NCBI GenBank assembly: GCA_009698575.1
Contig: WLPX01000008.1
Coordinates: 4,782-68,781, forward strand
Length of the DNA: 64,000 bases
Direction: 5' to 3'
Source of the DNA: Actinomycetota bacterium
GTDB lineage: Bacteria; Actinomycetota; Actinomycetes; S36-B12; UBA5976
Numbering within the stretch: position 1 is the first letter of the stretch; the number at the start of each line of letters is the position of its first letter. The position numbers and the translations under genes are program-made. The notes below the pieces were generated by a model that saw only the letters and a program-made list of their open reading frames with translations, was not told where the DNA came from and ran no database searches. Positions 59,309 to 64,000 of the stretch are shown here, piece after piece.

Positions 59309-59509
59309 ATGCCATTTATTACTGTCCAGTTAATCGAAGGTCGCAGTGTTGAGCAAAAGCATGCACTCATCAAAGAGATCTCCGAAGCAGCTATTCGAGT
59401 TCTCGATGCTGACCCAGACAATGTTCGAATTGTGATCAACGAAGTCACAGCCGATGACTGGGGTGTCGGTGGCGTGCCAGTTGCTGTTAGTCGCGCTAAA
59501 AAGTCTTAA
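59309..59509 (+). CDS. 4-oxalocrotonate tautomerase family protein
   Basis: 66-aa ORF beginning MPFITVQLIEGRS (catalytic Pro1). Confidence 0.85.
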   Translation: MPFITVQLIEGRSVEQKHALIKEISEAAIRVLDADPDNVRIVINEVTADDWGVGGVPVAVSRAKKS

Positions 59510-61590
59510 ACGTCGATCTTCGAACGATCTAGTTTTGCTGCGCCTTCAATAATAAAATCTTTTCGTGGCGCTACTTCGCTGCCCATTAATAGTTCAAATA
59601 CATTTTCGGCAGACTTTGCATCACTGACAGTGATTCGACGCAGGGTGCGCTTTTCTGGATCCATTGTGGTTTCGCGCAACTGCACCGCGTCCATTTCGCC
59701 CAAGCCTTTGTAACGCTGAATCGGTTCTTTCCAACGTCTACCCTGCTTTGCCAAGTCTTTTACTGTGGCTGCCATCTCAGCATCACTGTAGGTATAGATG
59801 ACTTCGCCGGGTTTCTTTGCTGCGCCAATCACTTCGATTCGGTGTAGCGGCGGAACAGCTGCATAGATGCGACCAGCTTCAAGTAGCGGCGTTAAGTAAC
59901 GCTGGAACAGAGTCAGCAGCAAGGTGCGGATGTGAGCGCCGTCGACGTCAGCATCAGCCAAAATAATAATTTTGTGATAACGAACAGATTCCATATCAAA
60001 GGAGCGGCCAGAACCAGCACCAATGACTTGCAAGATCGAGGCGCACTCGGTGTTTTTTAACATATCGGCAAGGGAGGCTTTTTGAACGTTGAGAATTTTG
60101 CCACGAATTGGCAACAAAGCTTGGAACTCACTGTTGCGAGCCGATTTAGCAGTTCCTAGTGCGCTGTCACCTTCGACAATAAACAACTCAGTACGGTCAT
60201 TGTCCTCGCTACGGCAGTCTTTTAACTTGGCTGGCAACGTTGATGACTCCAGCGCAGTCTTTCGACGCTGGGTGTCTCTGTGGTGGCGCGCAGCTAACCT
60301 GGCGCGCGAGGCATTGGCAACTTTGTCTAGCACGATGCGAACTGCAGGTTTCGCGCCACGTGGTGGATTTGTAAACCAGTTACTCAACTCATTGCTAACA
60401 ACTGTATTTACAATTTTTGCTGCAGCTGGAGTACCAAGAATTTCTTTAGTTTGACCTTCAAACTGTGGTTCAGCTAATCGAACTGTGACTACCCCAGTTA
60501 AACCTTCTTGGACATCTTCTTTAGTTACCGCATCTTCGCCAGCTTTTAGTAATCGCTGTGCTTTTAATTGCTCATTGATTACTTTTACTATCGCTCGATC
60601 AAATCCAGTTACGTGGGTCCCGCCCTTTGGGGTGGAAATGATGTTGACGTAAGACTGCAATGTTGTTTCGTAAGTGTTATTCCATAGCAACGCGATATCG
60701 ACACCAAGTTCGCGTTCAACATCTTGCGTAGCCATATGTCCTTGGTCATCAAGTACTGGAACTGTTTCATGAAACTTGCCACTGCCCTTTAGGCGAATAA
60801 CTGGTGATACTGCTTCGCCGGTTGAAAGAAATTCGCAGAACTCAGAAATGCCGCCCACGTGCACAAACTCAGAAGTGTTATTTGATTTCATGCGGTTATC
60901 AGTGACAACTATGGTCAGACCGGGAACTAGGAACGAAGTCTGGCGGGCACGAGCATGGATTTCATCAAGATCAAAGGCGGCATCAGGAGTAAAGATCTGA
61001 GTATCAGCCCAAAACTTAATTCGGGTACCGGTTGCTGTTTTCTTAGCGGGTTTGCCTGCCTTTTTTAATCCACCGTGTTTAGTGAATTTTCCAGTTTCAT
61101 CTTTACCGACAAAAACGCCAGGAGCACCACGACTAAAACTCATCACGTGGGTATTACCGCCGCGATCAACTTCGACATCCATTCGGCTAGATAGAGCATT
61201 AACTACGGATGCGCCGACGCCGTGCAAACCACCAGATGCAGTGTAAGAACCGCCTCCGAATTTACCGCCGGCATGGAGTTTGGTCATAACAACTTCAACA
61301 CCGGTTAGCTTAGTTTTTGGTTCAACGTCAACTGGGATGCCGCGACCATTGTCATGGACTTCGGCAATTTGATCAGAATGCAGCGTCACTTCAATCCGAG
61401 TGCAGTGCCCGCCTAAAGCCTCATCAACTGAGTTATCAATAATCTCCCACAGGCAATGCATCAGGCCACGCGAGTCCGTAGAGCCGATGTACATGCCAGG
61501 ACGTTTACGAACGGCATCTAGGCCCTCTAAGACCGATAAGTCAGATGCGTTGTAATCACCTGCCGACGCTGCGGTCTTTTTTGCTGCCAT
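59506..61590 (-). CDS. parE: DNA topoisomerase IV subunit B (type IIA topoisomerase B subunit)
   Basis: 694-aa ORF with GHKL ATPase (GLHGVGASVVNALS), Toprim EGDSA, and PIRGKILNV. Confidence 0.85.
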   Translation of the reverse strand: MAAKKTAASAGDYNASDLSVLEGLDAVRKRPGMYIGSTDSRGLMHCLWEIIDNSVDEALGGHCTRIEVTLHSDQIAEVHDNGRGIPVDVEPKTKLTGVEVVMTKLHAGGKFGGGSYTASGGLHGVGASVVNALSSRMDVEVDRGGNTHVMSFSRGAPGVFVGKDETGKFTKHGGLKKAGKPAKKTATGTRIKFWADTQIFTPDAAFDLDEIHARARQTSFLVPGLTIVVTDNRMKSNNTSEFVHVGGISEFCEFLSTGEAVSPVIRLKGSGKFHETVPVLDDQGHMATQDVERELGVDIALLWNNTYETTLQSYVNIISTPKGGTHVTGFDRAIVKVINEQLKAQRLLKAGEDAVTKEDVQEGLTGVVTVRLAEPQFEGQTKEILGTPAAAKIVNTVVSNELSNWFTNPPRGAKPAVRIVLDKVANASRARLAARHHRDTQRRKTALESSTLPAKLKDCRSEDNDRTELFIVEGDSALGTAKSARNSEFQALLPIRGKILNVQKASLADMLKNTECASILQVIGAGSGRSFDMESVRYHKIIILADADVDGAHIRTLLLTLFQRYLTPLLEAGRIYAAVPPLHRIEVIGAAKKPGEVIYTYSDAEMAATVKDLAKQGRRWKEPIQRYKGLGEMDAVQLRETTMDPEKRTLRRITVSDAKSAENVFELLMGSEVAPRKDFIIEGAAKLDRSKIDV

Positions 61591-61604
61591 AACCCTTACA
61601 GACT

Positions 61605-61624
61605 AGGCATTTTGAGGCATTTTG
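61605..61624. repeat. Perfect tandem 10-mer AGGCATTTTG x2 in the parE 5' region
   Basis: aggcattttg aggcattttg read directly, 15-34 nt upstream of the parE ATG. Confidence 0.8.
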
Positions 61625-61803
61625 CTGAGCTGCCACGCCGCGTTAACTGTCCAAGAAAGTTCGCTTGTGAATTTTTTCGAGTACGCCAATAGTGAACCAA
61701 GTATTAATAGTGAATTCTCGGCGTGTTAAAGCGCGAAGTGTCTGAAATGATTACACAATAGAGCAATCACGCAAGGTGATTCATAGTTAGGGCTGGTGCA
61801 AGA

Positions 61804-62001
61804 ATGACTTCAACAATCACTCGTACTCCACTTACCGTGGCAGATCGTTGCGATCGCTGCGCTGCTCAAGCTCTAGTACGCGTTTTTCTTGATGGTGGTT
61901 CCGCGCTTCAATTCTGCAGCCATCACTTCAAAGAGCACGAAGTCCGTTTGCGCGCAATCGCCGTCGATGTTCAGGATGAAACCGAGAACCTCGAAAGCTA
62001 A
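61804..62001 (+). CDS. DUF7455 domain-containing small protein
   Basis: 65-aa ORF with CDRCAAQALVRV...FCSHH, a pattern typical of a small conserved actinobacterial protein found near the principal sigma factor. Confidence 0.65.
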   Translation: MTSTITRTPLTVADRCDRCAAQALVRVFLDGGSALQFCSHHFKEHEVRLRAIAVDVQDETENLES

Positions 62002-62006
62002 ATTCG

Positions 62007-63170
62007 TTACGGTGTAGCGCTCTCGCTTGGATCAGGGATAGTTGCTGGAAGCGGCGGCTTTTTCATTGGAACGTCTACGCCATCAAAGCTGTAATGACCA
62101 GTTGTGAGTATCGGTATCAATTCCACCCAGGTTCGACCAACCGGCATAGTAAATGGGTTGCCCGCCAAATCAGTCAGTTCCATCTGTGCATTAACTTGAG
62201 GTTTTTTCCATGCAACTTCAAATGCTGTTCCTGCACTAAGCACCCAAGCTCTGCCTGAACCAGTTAGAACGGTACGAGGTACGTAACCGCCAGTGGAACC
62301 TTTATATCCTGCGTCTATCTCTCTCACTTCGATGATCACCAGATTGTCGGTACCAAACTGCGTGCCATCAATATTTTTGAATGGCTTTATGCCTTCACTT
62401 CGCAGCCATTGCGATGATGCGCCATCCCACTTCCAATTCGGCTCAGCAAAAGTACTGAATGCAACGCCAACATCTATTACTGGAATCGCAGTTTGAGCTG
62501 ATGCGCCAACCGCTGGACTTGCCGATGCATCTGGTGAAGCACTTGGCGCGGAAACAGTTGTCGGATCAGGCCTAAAGAAGAATCCCCCACTTACGCTGGC
62601 GTTATCTGCAACTGAAGCAATTAACTCATCCGGTTTTAAAAACAAATTGTGTGGCGCCGAATGTCCCTTTTTCCGATAAAGTCCTGGGGCGCCTTCGGTA
62701 TTGATGCTAATGGTTGTCGGAAGCTTACGATTTACGAAGCGCATAGTTCGCTTGGCTCCACCGGAAAATACAAAAATATCAGCCATCGGTTCAGCTATAG
62801 CTACGTCTACATGTCGAACTGAACGAACGGGACCAATTTCCGGTGGAATATCAGATTGCCAAACTGTCGCAAATCTTGTCATTCCGCCTTCAACAAGCTC
62901 TTCAAAAATTAAATCTGCGTGATTCAATCCAGTCTGTGGTCGAACTTGTGGCGCATTTTCGACCTTAACCACCATAATGGGCTTAGCTTGCGCATCTTCA
63001 GGACCAGGCATGCCTGTCAGTGACCAAATCGGAGGTGATTTGGGTGGCATCGGTGAAGCTGTGGTGCCGCCGGTTGGATCTGTTCCTTGAGAAGTGTTTG
63101 TTGCACCACATGCACTCAGTACCAACATGGCTGTAGCACTTATAGCGAAGATTCGAACATTAGATTTCAT
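62007..63170 (-). CDS. DUF3048 domain-containing lipoprotein
   Basis: 387-aa ORF with lipobox LSAC, and PIMVVKVENAPQVRPQTGLNHADLIFEELVEGGMTRF..GPVRSVR, typical of DUF3048. Confidence 0.75.
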   Translation of the reverse strand: MKSNVRIFAISATAMLVLSACGATNTSQGTDPTGGTTASPMPPKSPPIWSLTGMPGPEDAQAKPIMVVKVENAPQVRPQTGLNHADLIFEELVEGGMTRFATVWQSDIPPEIGPVRSVRHVDVAIAEPMADIFVFSGGAKRTMRFVNRKLPTTISINTEGAPGLYRKKGHSAPHNLFLKPDELIASVADNASVSGGFFFRPDPTTVSAPSASPDASASPAVGASAQTAIPVIDVGVAFSTFAEPNWKWDGASSQWLRSEGIKPFKNIDGTQFGTDNLVIIEVREIDAGYKGSTGGYVPRTVLTGSGRAWVLSAGTAFEVAWKKPQVNAQMELTDLAGNPFTMPVGRTWVELIPILTTGHYSFDGVDVPMKKPPLPATIPDPSESATP

Positions 63171-63278
63171 TTGGACACCACCAGAGGAAGCATTAGTTAC
63201 CCCTTAACTTTGCCCCAAGTCGAATTTTTTCTAGGCACCGACACGCAATTACCGACTAATCGGAGCGCAAATTTACTG

Positions 63279-64000
63279 CTAATCCAAGTAATCGCGAAGT
63301 ACCTGAGAACGTGATGGATGACGAAGCTTCGACATGGTTTTTGATTCAATCTGACGAATACGCTCGCGAGTTACGCCATAAACCTTGCCAATTTCATCTA
63401 AAGTCTTTGGCTGTCCATCAGTTAGGCCAAAGCGCATCTTGACTACGCCAGATTCGCGATCTGACAAAGTATCAAGAACAGAATCTAGTTGTTCTTGCAG
63501 CAAGGTAAAGGAAACTGCGTCAGCTGGCACGATGGCTTCGGAGTCTTCGATCAAGTCACCGAATTCGCTATCGCCTTCCTCGCCAAGTGGGGTGTGAAGC
63601 GAGATTGGTTCGCGACCATACTTTTGAACTTCAACAACCTTTTCCGGTGTCATGTCTAGTTCGCGAGCTAGTTCCTCTGGAGTTGGTTCGCGGCCAAGAT
63701 CTTGAAGCATCTGACGTTGTACGCGAGCAAGTTTGTTGATGACTTCAACCATGTGCACTGGGATACGAATAGTGCGAGCTTGGTCAGCCATGGCGCGAGT
63801 GATGGCCTGGCGAATCCACCACGTTGCATACGTCGAGAATTTGTAACCCTTGGTGTAGTCAAACTTTTCAACAGCGCGGATCAAACCTAAGTTGCCTTCT
63901 TGGATCAAGTCCAAGAACAACATGCCGCGACCGGTGTAGCGCTTAGCTAGCGAAACCACCAAGCGAAGGTTTGCCTCTAGCAAGTGATTCTTTGCGCGCT
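63279..64000 (-). CDS. RNA polymerase sigma-70 factor, group 1/2 (probably the principal sigma factor); N-terminus lies outside the window
   Basis: The reading frame is open to the window edge (..[21 protein letters not shown]). Regions 2-4 are present ([28 protein letters not shown]). The C-terminus [13 protein letters not shown] is the same style as mycobacterial SigA. Confidence 0.9.
   Translation of the reverse strand, partial: RAKNHLLEANLRLVVSLAKRYTGRGMLFLDLIQEGNLGLIRAVEKFDYTKGYKFSTYATWWIRQAITRAMADQARTIRIPVHMVEVINKLARVQRQMLQDLGREPTPEELARELDMTPEKVVEVQKYGREPISLHTPLGEEGDSEFGDLIEDSEAIVPADAVSFTLLQEQLDSVLDTLSDRESGVVKMRFGLTDGQPKTLDEIGKVYGVTRERIRQIESKTMSKLRHPSRSQVLRDYLD

Overview
This is a compact, almost fully coding chromosomal segment with about 70 CDS and 4 tRNA genes. 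Its gene content and order match the conserved Actinomycetota core backbone. The blocks are: efp-nusB with the aroQ/B/K/C/E shikimate cluster; mltG-ruvX-alaS; rarA-aspS-hisS; rel-apt-secDF-ruvCAB-yebC-pdxST; the phosphatidylinositol-mannoside operon (PIP synthase, PatA-like acyltransferase, pimA) next to HIT-thrS; a pabB/pabC-like pair; a tRNA Gly-Cys-Val cluster; DUF3000-rnd-dxs; acnA; dut/DUF3710/DUF3159; DUF3093/DUF4193; suhB-like; sepH; topoisomerase IV parC and parE; and a sigma-70 gene truncated at the window end. By eye (not computed) GC is moderate for an actinobacterium. Intergenic spacers are very short and many genes overlap by 1-4 nt, which suggests a streamlined genome. I found no mobile elements, CRISPR arrays, prophage genes, toxin-antitoxin pairs or recognisable defence systems, and I cannot point to a convincing novel multi-gene system. 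This looks like an ordinary core region. The observations most worth a second look are: (1) a well-folding 74-nt class-I tRNA next to nusB whose anticodon reads CAA (Leu) although it lacks the long variable arm of bacterial tRNA-Leu; (2) a perfect 18-bp palindrome abutting a TATAAT box in front of acnA, plus a translationally coupled 112-aa unknown ORF behind acnA; (3) a 336-aa EF-G-like protein with all GTPase motifs degenerate, beside the PIM operon; (4) a near-consensus LexA SOS box in front of ruvC; (5) seven convergent gene pairs with 8 nt or less between them, or overlapping 3' ends, and no room for terminators. All family calls rest on motifs I recognise in the supplied translations. 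No database search was run.
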